12,773 bases of DNA from a virus: the UHGV virus genome UHGV-1672225; one strand, written 5' to 3'. The position numbers and the translations under genes are program-made. Below are positions 1 to 7,476 of this stretch, in pieces (position 1 is the stretch's first letter; the number at the start of each line of letters is the position of its first letter). The notes below the pieces were generated by a model. That model saw only the letters and a list, made by a program, of their open reading frames with translations. It was not told the DNA's origin and made no database searches.

Positions 1-11
1 AGAAATATATA

Positions 12-221
12 TTACTTTGGACAGTTGATTTCCCATGCCATGTTATGAGCCAGAATATCTTTCTTTGTCTGGCGGTCCATAACATCGATGTCGTGATCAG
101 TCAGGTAGATGGGCTTTACCCAATCACAGGCGGTATCAACCACCACCGGGACGCTTCCACGACTCCCGCAGCTCGCGATCAACATCGTCATCAGCCATAT
201 GGTTAACACTCTGCTGTACAT
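12..221 (-). CDS. Rz1-like o-spanin lipoprotein (overlapping the Rz-like gene in another frame)
   Basis: 69-aa ORF with an N-terminal hydrophobic signal and lipobox-like LIASC; starts inside and extends past the 3' end of the Rz-like ORF at 136..414, as in spanin pairs at the end of lysis cassettes. Confidence 0.4.
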   Translation of the reverse strand: MYSRVLTIWLMTMLIASCGSRGSVPVVVDTACDWVKPIYLTDHDIDVMDRQTKKDILAHNMAWEINCPK

Positions 222-414
222 TCCCCACCTCTTTTGTCACTTCTATACGCCGCTCCGCAGTGGCTTTTACGGCGGCTGCATTCTCATTAATGCGCTGCTT
301 TTCAGCTTCATCTTCGGCCTTTTCTCGCCCTTTCATACGACCAAAACCAAACGCGCCGAATGCAACCAATATAATTGTGCCAATAAATGACAACACGGCC
401 TTCAAACCAGTCAT
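136..414 (-). CDS. Rz-like i-spanin (N-terminal TM segment plus charged coiled-coil region)
   Basis: 92 aa; N-terminal hydrophobic stretch LKAVLSFIGTIILVAFGAFGF followed by a K/E/R-rich helical region; immediately downstream of and 4-nt overlapping the endolysin gene. Confidence 0.5.
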   Translation of the reverse strand: MTGLKAVLSFIGTIILVAFGAFGFGRMKGREKAEDEAEKQRINENAAAVKATAERRIEVTKEVGNVQQSVNHMADDDVDRELRESWKRPGGG

Positions 415-953
415 ACCACCACTCGCTCTTTCATCCAGCCGTAGACAAACGACTCATTAGCCTCGCGCTTCTCCGCCAACTCCAGATAGCGTTCGCCCTG
501 CGTACAGTTCAGCGACGTCAGCATCACCCGTTCGCCGTCTTTTCCCCGATTCCCAAGATAAGCACGTAGCGCATTAATGGTACGTGGACCGATTCGTCCG
601 TCTGCATCCAAATCGGGATACAGCTTCCCGCGCAGGTTGAACACATTCAGCCAGCGTTGAAGCATTTTTGACGCCACTATTGGCCCCATGTTCACCCCCG
701 TGTCACACAGCTCTGCGGCAATATCAGAGGATAATGCGGCCACCTGATCAAAGCGTGGTCCGTACCAGTAATCAGCCTCAAGGATTTCCAGTGCCTGTTC
801 GCGGGTTAAATCGCGCATATCGCCACGGTATCCATGAGCACGGGCAGTGTTCTGAGTAATGCCCCACTTTGTTGGGCCTCCCTTGTCGTCAGGGTGATCC
901 ACATAGCCGCCCTCTTTTCCAAGAACGCTGTTAAAAATCTCATCTTTGGTCAT
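411..953 (-). CDS. Endolysin, GH108-type N-terminal domain with C-terminal peptidoglycan-binding domain
   Basis: 180 aa; the N-terminus (KEGGYVDHPDDKGGPTKWGIT) matches the recalled glycoside hydrolase 108 signature; position between membrane/holin genes and spanins. Confidence 0.7.
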   Translation of the reverse strand: MTKDEIFNSVLGKEGGYVDHPDDKGGPTKWGITQNTARAHGYRGDMRDLTREQALEILEADYWYGPRFDQVAALSSDIAAELCDTGVNMGPIVASKMLQRWLNVFNLRGKLYPDLDADGRIGPRTINALRAYLGNRGKDGERVMLTSLNCTQGERYLELAEKREANESFVYGWMKERVVV

Positions 954-1236
954 GATTAAACCCTAATGCGTCAACTATCCGCGCCAGATTGCCCCTGAAA
1001 TACAGAACAACGATGCAGATAATCAGATTTCCAATAACCACCAGCCAGTGGGATTCTTGATAAAGACCGAACACATAACGGAAGGGAACATTGGCGTATA
1101 CAATGACGTAGATATAAGCCAGAAAGGAAACAAATGGACGATGCCTGGAGTCTTTCCGTCGATAAAGCATCAGCGCCATTACTATTACTGTGCAAAGCAC
1201 CGCATTAATCAGTGCTGACGGGTCACTGCTTACCAT
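940..1236 (-). CDS. Small multi-pass membrane protein in the lysis cassette (holin/antiholin-like partner)
   Basis: ORF track gives 940..1272; I prefer the ATG at 1236, preceded by GGAGGGGG. Three hydrophobic segments; overlaps the holin-like gene end and the endolysin start. Confidence 0.4.
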   Translation of the reverse strand: MVSSDPSALINAVLCTVIVMALMLYRRKDSRHRPFVSFLAYIYVIVYANVPFRYVFGLYQESHWLVVIGNLIICIVVLYFRGNLARIVDALGFNHDQR

Positions 1237-1618
1237 TTGAACCCCCTCCACGTAAGCGGGAAAGCATTCCAAAGATGCTACCGAGATCCTGGCTGTTTAC
1301 GAACGTGAGGATTTTAATGGTCAATGCAGCCACAATAACCGCACCAAGCGCATCCAGAGGACGATCGTTGTAGCTGGTCCATTTGGCAAGAAATGAGCCA
1401 ACTAACGGCGCTCCAATCACTCCAACAATGAACGATGTAAAGAAATAGCCAATCAGCTTGAGACGGCTAATATTCACCGCTGTAGCAACATAGAAAACAG
1501 CGCCAGCAAATGCCCCGAATACAACGCCGTAATCAATACCAGTTGCAATACCAAAAACGCTGGCACCCATCAGGCCACCAGCAGCAACGGCCGTACCGGA
1601 AATTGGTTCTGCTGACAT
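1223..1618 (-). CDS. Holin-like membrane protein
   Basis: ORF track gives 1223..1666; I prefer the internal ATG at 1618 (MSAEPISG...), preceded by GAGGA. Gly/Ala-rich multi-TM protein, first gene after an intrinsic terminator, directly upstream of the endolysin. Confidence 0.5.
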   Translation of the reverse strand: MSAEPISGTAVAAGGLMGASVFGIATGIDYGVVFGAFAGAVFYVATAVNISRLKLIGYFFTSFIVGVIGAPLVGSFLAKWTSYNDRPLDALGAVIVAALTIKILTFVNSQDLGSIFGMLSRLRGGGSNGKQ

Positions 1619-1631
1619 TGAAATCCTCGTT

Positions 1632-1663
1632 AAAAAAAAGCCCCGCCGAAAAAGGCAGGGCTT
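1632..1663 (-). terminator. Intrinsic terminator (tR'-like) immediately upstream of the holin RBS
   Basis: Minus-strand RNA forms a 10-bp GC-rich stem (one G-U) with a 6-nt loop, followed by a run of U (8 A on the plus strand at 1632-1639). Confidence 0.6.
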
Positions 1664-1995
1664 CATAAAGCAACAAATTACGCGGTAATCGCTTAACGCA
1701 GTTTTACTACGTTAAATGAAACACTACACCCAGTTACCACCTAAAACAAGGTTTCCCCATAAAAAAACCTTCATATCGTGGTTAATCGATCAATAAAAAA
1801 GCAACGTTCAACTTTTTACCAACTGAACATCCCGACCAGGACTTCCATAATATTCGCCGATATTCCACTGCTTAAGTTGAGTAATCTTCTCCAACTTAAC
1901 TCCCACAGAATCCAATTTCTGCCATGTTTTCGGTTGTATGTGCCTCATTACCCGCTCTGAATATCTAAATACTGCTCGTAGCCTCGCTAAATTGC

Positions 1996-2703
1996 TCACT
2001 TGTCGCCTCCTTTACGAATCTGTTCCGCCCACTCCTCAAGAGATTTCTCCGCATATTCACCGGACAGGCCATCAATCGGATGCGGTTCATTAGCCAACTC
2101 TTCTTTCGCTGACAAAATCATGCGTGTAACGTCGAAAACTTCACGCAAAGATTTATTGATAAATCCGTGATTGAACGCAGCAGCAAGACGGCTGGCGGTA
2201 TAGTTAATCCCCTCGTTGCGTGCTTCCGCACGAATTTCAGCCAGAAAAGCATCGGTGGCTGAAATATTTCCTGTTGCCTTCATGGCCCCCAAAATAACCA
2301 GAACGCCATCTCGCCCAACCTCCTCAGCGATAACCTCGGTGTTGTCGCCAACAACATCGCAGAATGCCTGAACTGCCTTACGAGCCAGCTCATTCTCCGC
2401 CGCCAGCGCCGCACGACTGGCCTCCAGTTCAGCAATGCGTTTGCTTTGTGCTTCCCGTTCATTCAGCAACGCCTGCACTACTTCTGGGTTGAAAGCTGCG
2501 ATATAACGAGCGTTGTTCTCTGCGTTTTTCTGTCCGTCGAATCCTGGCCAGTCGACAATATCTCCGTGATGATTATCTCCTGGTGTGTGCACAGCGTACG
2601 TGCCGTGTTTGCCCGGCGAAATAAATGCGACCCATTCGCCCTGTGTTGCCTGTTTTGCTATCTCACGTAGCGCCTGATAGTTAATTGCTGTGCTGTTAGT
2701 CAT
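1996..2703 (-). CDS. Ea22-like (ead/Ea22 family) phage protein with coiled-coil middle region
   Basis: Start placed at ATG 2703 (GGAGG 8 nt upstream, 4 nt after the stop of the upstream gene) rather than the ORF-track start at 2748. N-terminal INYQALREIAKQATQGEW resembles the recalled Ea22-like signature; an A/E/L-rich heptad region follows. Confidence 0.45.
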   Translation of the reverse strand: MTNSTAINYQALREIAKQATQGEWVAFISPGKHGTYAVHTPGDNHHGDIVDWPGFDGQKNAENNARYIAAFNPEVVQALLNEREAQSKRIAELEASRAALAAENELARKAVQAFCDVVGDNTEVIAEEVGRDGVLVILGAMKATGNISATDAFLAEIRAEARNEGINYTASRLAAAFNHGFINKSLREVFDVTRMILSAKEELANEPHPIDGLSGEYAEKSLEEWAEQIRKGGDK

Positions 2704-3040
2704 TCCAGGCCTCCAGCTCGTTCTGAATCTCCTCGTCAACCTCGTCATTGGTGGCGTCTTCGTTCAGATGGTCGCGCGCCTCTTTGAGATACTGTTCACG
2801 GCGTTCGTGGTACCAGGCTGAGAACTCCGGCGACCATCCTCGATTAGCCCCCTGAAAATCTACCATCGCATTATCCTCGGCCATACGCTCGACCATGCAA
2901 TCCGCGGTGTTCAGTGCAACCTCACGGATGTACCCCCGCAGGTCGCGCTTACGCCAATACGGGCTATATTTTGAGTCGCAGCGGCCTTTAAATTCGACGG
3001 TCCAGCGACGGATGCAGCGTGCGTTAAGTGATTTGCTCAT
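2696..3040 (-). CDS. Hypothetical acidic protein (114 aa)
   Basis: ORF with AAGGAAG RBS; tightly packed between the ASCH gene and the Ea22-like gene; no recognisable family. Confidence 0.45.
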   Translation of the reverse strand: MSKSLNARCIRRWTVEFKGRCDSKYSPYWRKRDLRGYIREVALNTADCMVERMAEDNAMVDFQGANRGWSPEFSAWYHERREQYLKEARDHLNEDATNDEVDEEIQNELEAWND

Positions 3041-3042
3041 AG

Positions 3043-3663
3043 TTATGCTTCCTTAATACGCTTAAACTCAATTACCCATACCCACGGGTTAGATAGCCAG
3101 TTCTCTTGCCCGTAAATACCGCGCCAGATATCACCAAAGCCAACGCGATAAACAGCTTCCGGCGGTGTAATCTTGTACGTCACCGGAGATGCGCCTTCTG
3201 CTTTAGCATCTGCCTCGCTCATGTCATGCAGCCGCTCCACACGCACGTCGGTAATTTCCAGCAAAATACGCGAAGCCCAGCGCGGCATGTGAATCGACGG
3301 GGTCCAGCCCTCAGCTGGCTTGCTACTATCTGAGTAATCAGCCTTGTAATCACACAGTTCAGAAGCCAGAGAGACACCATCTTTGATTTCCTGAATGACA
3401 TCGTTATCCAGCCAAAAAGCGTTGAATGTTTCACGGACCCATATGCGATCACCAACGTTACCGAACGGGCATAAACCATGTTCCAGTGCATCCATAACGT
3501 GGGTATAGACACCATTGCGTTTCTTTGTCGGTTTACGGATAACCAGGCAGTTATCGGCCCTGACATTTTTTACAGGTCGGCGAGTCTGCGTCTTCCTGCC
3601 TTCGAGGATGGCCCTGACCATCGCATCATTAAAAATCATGCCGCGCTCTTTCATCTTGCTCAC
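3043..3663 (-). CDS. ASCH (PUA-like) domain protein
   Basis: N-terminal MIFNDAMVRAILEGRKTQTRR and C-terminal VWVIEFK match the recalled YqfB/ASCH signature. Start placed at GTG 3663, which overlaps the upstream stop as GTGA and has GGAGG upstream; an in-frame ATG at 3654 is the alternative. ORF-track ATG at 3726 rejected. Confidence 0.55.
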   Translation of the reverse strand: MSKMKERGMIFNDAMVRAILEGRKTQTRRPVKNVRADNCLVIRKPTKKRNGVYTHVMDALEHGLCPFGNVGDRIWVRETFNAFWLDNDVIQEIKDGVSLASELCDYKADYSDSSKPAEGWTPSIHMPRWASRILLEITDVRVERLHDMSEADAKAEGASPVTYKITPPEAVYRVGFGDIWRGIYGQENWLSNPWVWVIEFKRIKEA

Positions 3664-4025
3664 TTCAACTCCTCCCGACGACGTTCCTGAAGCTCTAGCA
3701 TTGCGGCTCGGAAATCCTGCCACCATTCCTCATCTGCAACGGGGGTGTTCCGCTCCAGCACCTTGTCCGCATCGGCGATCAGGTTTGCCAGAATCTTGTC
3801 TGAAATCTTCGTTACCGGAGTCGTTGGTTGCTCAACCTGCCCGATAGGTTTTATCGTGCTCAAAAGGAGGCGACGGCGGGAAAGTGGTGCCCCACAACGA
3901 CGGCCATCTTCCTTGCGATATGTTTCTTTCGGACCAACACACCAGGTTGTCGGCGTTTCGCGCAACTTCACTCTTTTCTCACCATCATTGGTAATGATTA
4001 TTCCGGTATGGGTTTTGATGCTCAT
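3660..4025 (-). CDS. Hypothetical protein (121 aa)
   Basis: ORF whose ATG overlaps the stop of the upstream wHTH gene (ATGA) and whose stop overlaps the ASCH gene start. Confidence 0.45.
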   Translation of the reverse strand: MSIKTHTGIIITNDGEKRVKLRETPTTWCVGPKETYRKEDGRRCGAPLSRRRLLLSTIKPIGQVEQPTTPVTKISDKILANLIADADKVLERNTPVADEEWWQDFRAAMLELQERRREELK

Positions 4026-4303
4026 GCCACAGCCCCTCTCAACGGCTTAACTTTGGCTAATAAGGTGTTAAACAACATGGAGTTAGGATTCATGCCAAAT
4101 GGCAATTCCGGTTTAGCGGAGTAGTACAGGCAACCATTTATTTTCCTAGTTGTTATCTGTCCTTCGGCAACCATGCTTCTCAGTCTGCAACGCATAGAGT
4201 TCTGCGACACACCAATGTGCTCCGCGATTACGTCCACTTTTGAACATGGGTGATCGGTCAGGAAATTAATCACATCTTGGGGGTTAATAATTTTGCGTTT
4301 CAT
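4022..4303 (-). CDS. Winged-helix DNA-binding protein, FaeA/PapI-like
   Basis: Start at ATG 4303 (AAGGA upstream) rather than 4324. The pattern INFLTDHP...VIAEHIGVSQNSMRCRLRSMVAEGQI resembles recalled PapI/FaeA-family regulators. Confidence 0.4.
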   Translation of the reverse strand: MKRKIINPQDVINFLTDHPCSKVDVIAEHIGVSQNSMRCRLRSMVAEGQITTRKINGCLYYSAKPELPFGMNPNSMLFNTLLAKVKPLRGAVA

Positions 4304-4348
4304 TGTCGAGGCGTCCTTATACATTTGTATAAATATATAATTCTATAT

Positions 4349-4370
4349 ACGGCGGGAGACGTCCCGCCGT
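4349..4370 (-). terminator. Perfect 9-bp GC-rich hairpin after the DUF3560-like gene (possible terminator or RNA stability element)
   Basis: ACGGCGGGA-gacg-TCCCGCCGT, 12 nt after the stop at 4381; the downstream minus-strand sequence is AT-rich but not a clean U-run. Confidence 0.4.
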
Positions 4371-4380
4371 AGGCTTACTG

Positions 4381-5448
4381 TCAGGCTTTCAATAGCGATT
4401 CTTTTAGATATCGGGCATCAGCCAGGGCGTTTGGAGTAATCTTGCGAACCCATGCATTACGGGTTGGACTCCACTTAAAGGCGCGTGATTTAAGCAGCGA
4501 ACGAATGTTTGCCTCTGGTTTGCCAGGGAAATAAAACAGGATGCGGTTATCCTCTGGATCTATCTCCATAGAAAAGCCGTCGTATTCTTCGCGCTGTGCT
4601 CCTGTTACAGACTTGACCGATTCAAGCTCCTTAATACGGCTCTGTAGTCGTTTGATTTCGGCGTTATTGTTGCTCAGTGCGTATGAAGGGAATCCGATGC
4701 GCCCACAGAAATCTCCGGCCAGTAACTCTTTGGCTTCGCTTTCTGTAAACCTGAGATCGATTAATGCAGAAAGCTGCTGTATTTGGTCTTTTTTGTATTT
4801 GCGAATGGCCTTATTTGCGGCCTTCATTTTGACGTGTGACTTCATGCAGCCTTGCAGCTTACGAAGCAACTTAAATAGCGCATCAGGATCATCAGACGAA
4901 ATTCCATTACGACCAACACCTGCGGCTTTGCTCTCGTAGTGTGATGCTTTACTTTCGCATTCAACAAACGCTTTTCTGAATAACGCATCAGCTTTAGACA
5001 AACGGCGGCGATGGCCTTTCGCGCTATAATGGTCAACTAAAATCGGCTGGCCTAACGGGATCACATCCAACAGGTCATGCGCTCGCTTATGCGCTACCGC
5101 ACCTTCTTTTCTGGCTTTTTCTGCACGAGCAATATATCGGGCAAGACGCGCGTTCTGGCGTTCCTGATAGGTGTTTACGTAATCATCTCCGCGCTGCTGC
5201 TGTTCAAGCCATGCTTTGCGCAGATCTTCTGTTACGTCCACCAGCTCCGCAGGGATACAACCAGTTTGGGCTTCATAAGAGTAACCATCCTCATAGATAC
5301 GCCCATCGTCTTCAACAAAGAAAAAGGTTTCGTGCTCATCGCTTTTGACCATACGACCATTAACATGGCGTAATAGGTAGCCAGTATCAGTGCTTAACAG
5401 GCTGTTAGGGTTGTTGATCCAGTCAGAAATAATTACTTGTTTATTCAT
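4381..5448 (-). CDS. DUF3560-like protein (355 aa), function unknown
   Basis: Start at ATG 5448 (GGAGA 7 nt upstream) rather than 5529. Central GQPILVDHYSAKGHRRRL resembles the recalled DUF3560 motif; long K/E-rich helical middle region. Confidence 0.45.
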   Translation of the reverse strand: MNKQVIISDWINNPNSLLSTDTGYLLRHVNGRMVKSDEHETFFFVEDDGRIYEDGYSYEAQTGCIPAELVDVTEDLRKAWLEQQQRGDDYVNTYQERQNARLARYIARAEKARKEGAVAHKRAHDLLDVIPLGQPILVDHYSAKGHRRRLSKADALFRKAFVECESKASHYESKAAGVGRNGISSDDPDALFKLLRKLQGCMKSHVKMKAANKAIRKYKKDQIQQLSALIDLRFTESEAKELLAGDFCGRIGFPSYALSNNNAEIKRLQSRIKELESVKSVTGAQREEYDGFSMEIDPEDNRILFYFPGKPEANIRSLLKSRAFKWSPTRNAWVRKITPNALADARYLKESLLKA

Positions 5449-5616
5449 CAGATTTCTCCGGTTTAACCAGGGCGGGTATCGCTCGGTTTCGGGTATAACA
5501 TAGGAAATTTTTTCCCACCTGTAAAGCACTTTTTATATAAATCTATAATTATATATTTATAGATTTTCGATGTTCCCGATGTCTACACACCATCAAAACA
5601 GCTCAAAATGACACTT

Positions 5617-5994
5617 TTACTCTCTTCGCTTTTTCAAATAGTCGACAACATACGCCCTGGCTTTTGCCAGCTTCCGGCGATACTGTCTGAGGCTAAGAGA
5701 AAGGGCGTGGGCTTTATCAATATGCGGTGCATTTATGTCGAGGCCCCGAATCTCCCACGCCCCGTATTCAATTCGGACAACCAGCGCCGCAGTCTCATCA
5801 ACTACCGTGAGGGCCGTCACCGCTCCCTCTATACTGGTTTCCAGTGAGTCATTTGGTGCGCCGCCCCCTCCGGTAAACTGGCAGCGCGTAACCATCATCA
5901 TTTCTAACATCGACGCGAAACCGCTACGGGCGTTGCAGCCATTGCGCACCCACAGCGCCCATAGCTCAAACAAGCTATCCAGATCGCGTCTCAC
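5617..5994 (-). CDS. Candidate Q-like antiterminator (Phage_antitermQ-type), GTG start
   Basis: 125 aa; N-terminal LFELWALW and C-terminal basic helix loosely resemble the small Q-like antiterminator family; sits at the end of the nin-like block. Weak call. Confidence 0.35.
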   Translation of the reverse strand: MRRDLDSLFELWALWVRNGCNARSGFASMLEMMMVTRCQFTGGGGAPNDSLETSIEGAVTALTVVDETAALVVRIEYGAWEIRGLDINAPHIDKAHALSLSLRQYRRKLAKARAYVVDYLKKRRE

Positions 5995-5997
5995 TGT

Positions 5998-6330
5998 TCA
6001 GATCTCCCGTATCGTGACGGGATAAAGCGCCTCTACCTGCTTTTTCTTCATGATGTAGACGTCTGTTCGCACACCTTTAGTGTCGACACAATCAATCGTC
6101 CCATCGTCATAAAACACCATGAAATCAAGTTTATAAACGACACCACCTGGCAGATGAAAAGGCACCTGCATAAGAAACGTCACAACGCGGCCAGCTTTTC
6201 TCAGTAGCTTCAGTTCGCAGTAGTAATCAGCCTCTTTTTTGCTATCAAAAGCGATATCATCGACAACCGTTTTTTTATTGCCGTATTTGCTTTTCCTTGT
6301 CGCTGGTTTGCGAAAGCCGGTATATCTCAT
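5998..6330 (-). CDS. DUF1064 family phage protein
   Basis: YGNKKTVVDDIAFDSKKEADYY matches the recalled DUF1064 signature; ATGA-coupled to the upstream Ref-like gene. Confidence 0.55.
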   Translation of the reverse strand: MRYTGFRKPATRKSKYGNKKTVVDDIAFDSKKEADYYCELKLLRKAGRVVTFLMQVPFHLPGGVVYKLDFMVFYDDGTIDCVDTKGVRTDVYIMKKKQVEALYPVTIREI

Positions 6331-6731
6331 TTGGTATCCCCTGGTACTTCACCAAGACTAAGATCAAACCCAATTTCGTCTTTAACTGACTGCGGCAACA
6401 GCTCCCACGTCTGCGCACACAAAAATTCATCTGTGCCATAACGCTCAACAAAGCGAGCACAATTACTCAGGGGAGGGTGACGAACGGCAATATGCGGAGG
6501 CACACGCCCACCACCAGGCACAACACCGCGATGATGTGGTGCGCACAACCCAAAGCTATGGAAGTGGCAATTCTCATCAACGCTGCCGTAATCAGGATCG
6601 TGATGTAGCTCCGTCCACAGCTCTGGATTCTCAATTTCACGGCCATCAATAATGCAAGCTATGCAACCCACGTGAGTGAGCACCGCTTGTATATAAAGTT
6701 TCTCTTTCTTCGTTGGTGTACGTCCGTTCAT
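6327..6731 (-). CDS. Ref-like recombination-enhancement HNH-type nuclease
   Basis: MNGRTPTKKEK...VGCIACII...HHDPDYG...GLCAPHHRG shows Cys/His spacing resembling the recalled P1 Ref-family/HNH pattern. Confidence 0.45.
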   Translation of the reverse strand: MNGRTPTKKEKLYIQAVLTHVGCIACIIDGREIENPELWTELHHDPDYGSVDENCHFHSFGLCAPHHRGVVPGGGRVPPHIAVRHPPLSNCARFVERYGTDEFLCAQTWELLPQSVKDEIGFDLSLGEVPGDTK

Positions 6732-6964
6732 CAGCGCCCCTTACCATTGATAAAGAGGTTGAACTCGTTGATTAACTGGACATACATGCTTCTGGCCGCG
6801 TAGTTCTTTGCCAGCTCTTTACGGGATGAGATCCCGCAAAACTCACGCAGAATCACAGAGGCCTCAGAACTGTTTGAAACGTTCTTCCCTGTTTTACTGG
6901 TCAGAAAGCGCCAGAATTGGGGATTCTGGCAATGCATCGCAGCACCGCGAACATAACTACTCAT
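6731..6964 (-). CDS. Hypothetical protein (77 aa)
   Basis: ORF overlapping both neighbours' start/stop codons (ATGA at 6961-6964; TGATG at 6729-6733). Confidence 0.4.
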   Translation of the reverse strand: MSSYVRGAAMHCQNPQFWRFLTSKTGKNVSNSSEASVILREFCGISSRKELAKNYAARSMYVQLINEFNLFINGKGR

Positions 6965-7476
6965 TGATGGCCCCCGTCATTTCTGGTGCTTTTCACCGTG
7001 CGGCTTCTTAAAAACCTGCCATCACGAACAACAGACACTTCTCGTTTACCCAACCTCATTTCACGGCGGTAACATTCAGAAAATGCCTCGTCCGGCATCA
7101 TATAAATGCGACGCTTCGCCTCCGTATCCAGAAGGGAACGGCTTGGGGTTACATATAAGAACGACTCATCAATAGGGACAAAACCACGAGCAAGAATTGC
7201 TGGCAGAATACCAGGAAGAACGCAGAAAACAGCTCCACGATGCAGCAACATCTGGTACTCCATGACCTCCGTAATCCCCGTAACGACTGTTACGGTGTCA
7301 CGTCTGTTACGGCTGGCAACCAGTCGCTGCACACCTCCAATTTTCTGCTCTACAGATAGACGTTTGCTATCGTTATCAATATGATCGATAACAAATCCTT
7401 TAATCGTTTGATCAAGGTAGTGCACCACCTGCGATTGAATCTGGTGATTATCACCAAAGAAGGCCAGAATCATCAT
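6961..7476 (-). CDS. Hypothetical early protein (171 aa)
   Basis: ORF ATGA-coupled to the upstream Cro-like gene; no family recognised. Confidence 0.45.
   Translation of the reverse strand: MMILAFFGDNHQIQSQVVHYLDQTIKGFVIDHIDNDSKRLSVEQKIGGVQRLVASRNRRDTVTVVTGITEVMEYQMLLHRGAVFCVLPGILPAILARGFVPIDESFLYVTPSRSLLDTEAKRRIYMMPDEAFSECYRREMRLGKREVSVVRDGRFLRSRTVKSTRNDGGHQ

Noticed and set aside
109-569. Plus-strand ORFs 109..390, 260..460 and 387..569 from the ORF track
   Set aside because: They lie antisense to the spanin and endolysin genes, have no RBS and no recognisable protein features; the minus-strand genes explain the region.
1664-1800. Possible tRNA between the accessory operon and the lysis genes, as seen in some Stx-type phages
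   Set aside because: No cloverleaf could be built, and no GGTTCGAATCC-type T-loop or acceptor-stem complementarity was found.
1808-1999. 63-aa minus-strand ORF whose GTG start overlaps the Ea22-like stop (GTGA)
   Set aside because: The coupling geometry is suggestive, but the ORF has no recognisable features and lies in the interval I interpret as the late-promoter leader; too uncertain to call.
3664-3726. ATG at 3726 as the start of the ASCH gene (ORF-track start)
   Set aside because: It would overlap the upstream gene by 66 nt and adds a low-complexity N-terminus; the GTG at 3663 (GTGA overlap, GGAGG upstream) or the ATG at 3654 fits better.
4541-5373. Plus-strand ORFs 4541..4939 and 5077..5373
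   Set aside because: Antisense to the DUF3560-like gene, low-complexity translations, no RBS.
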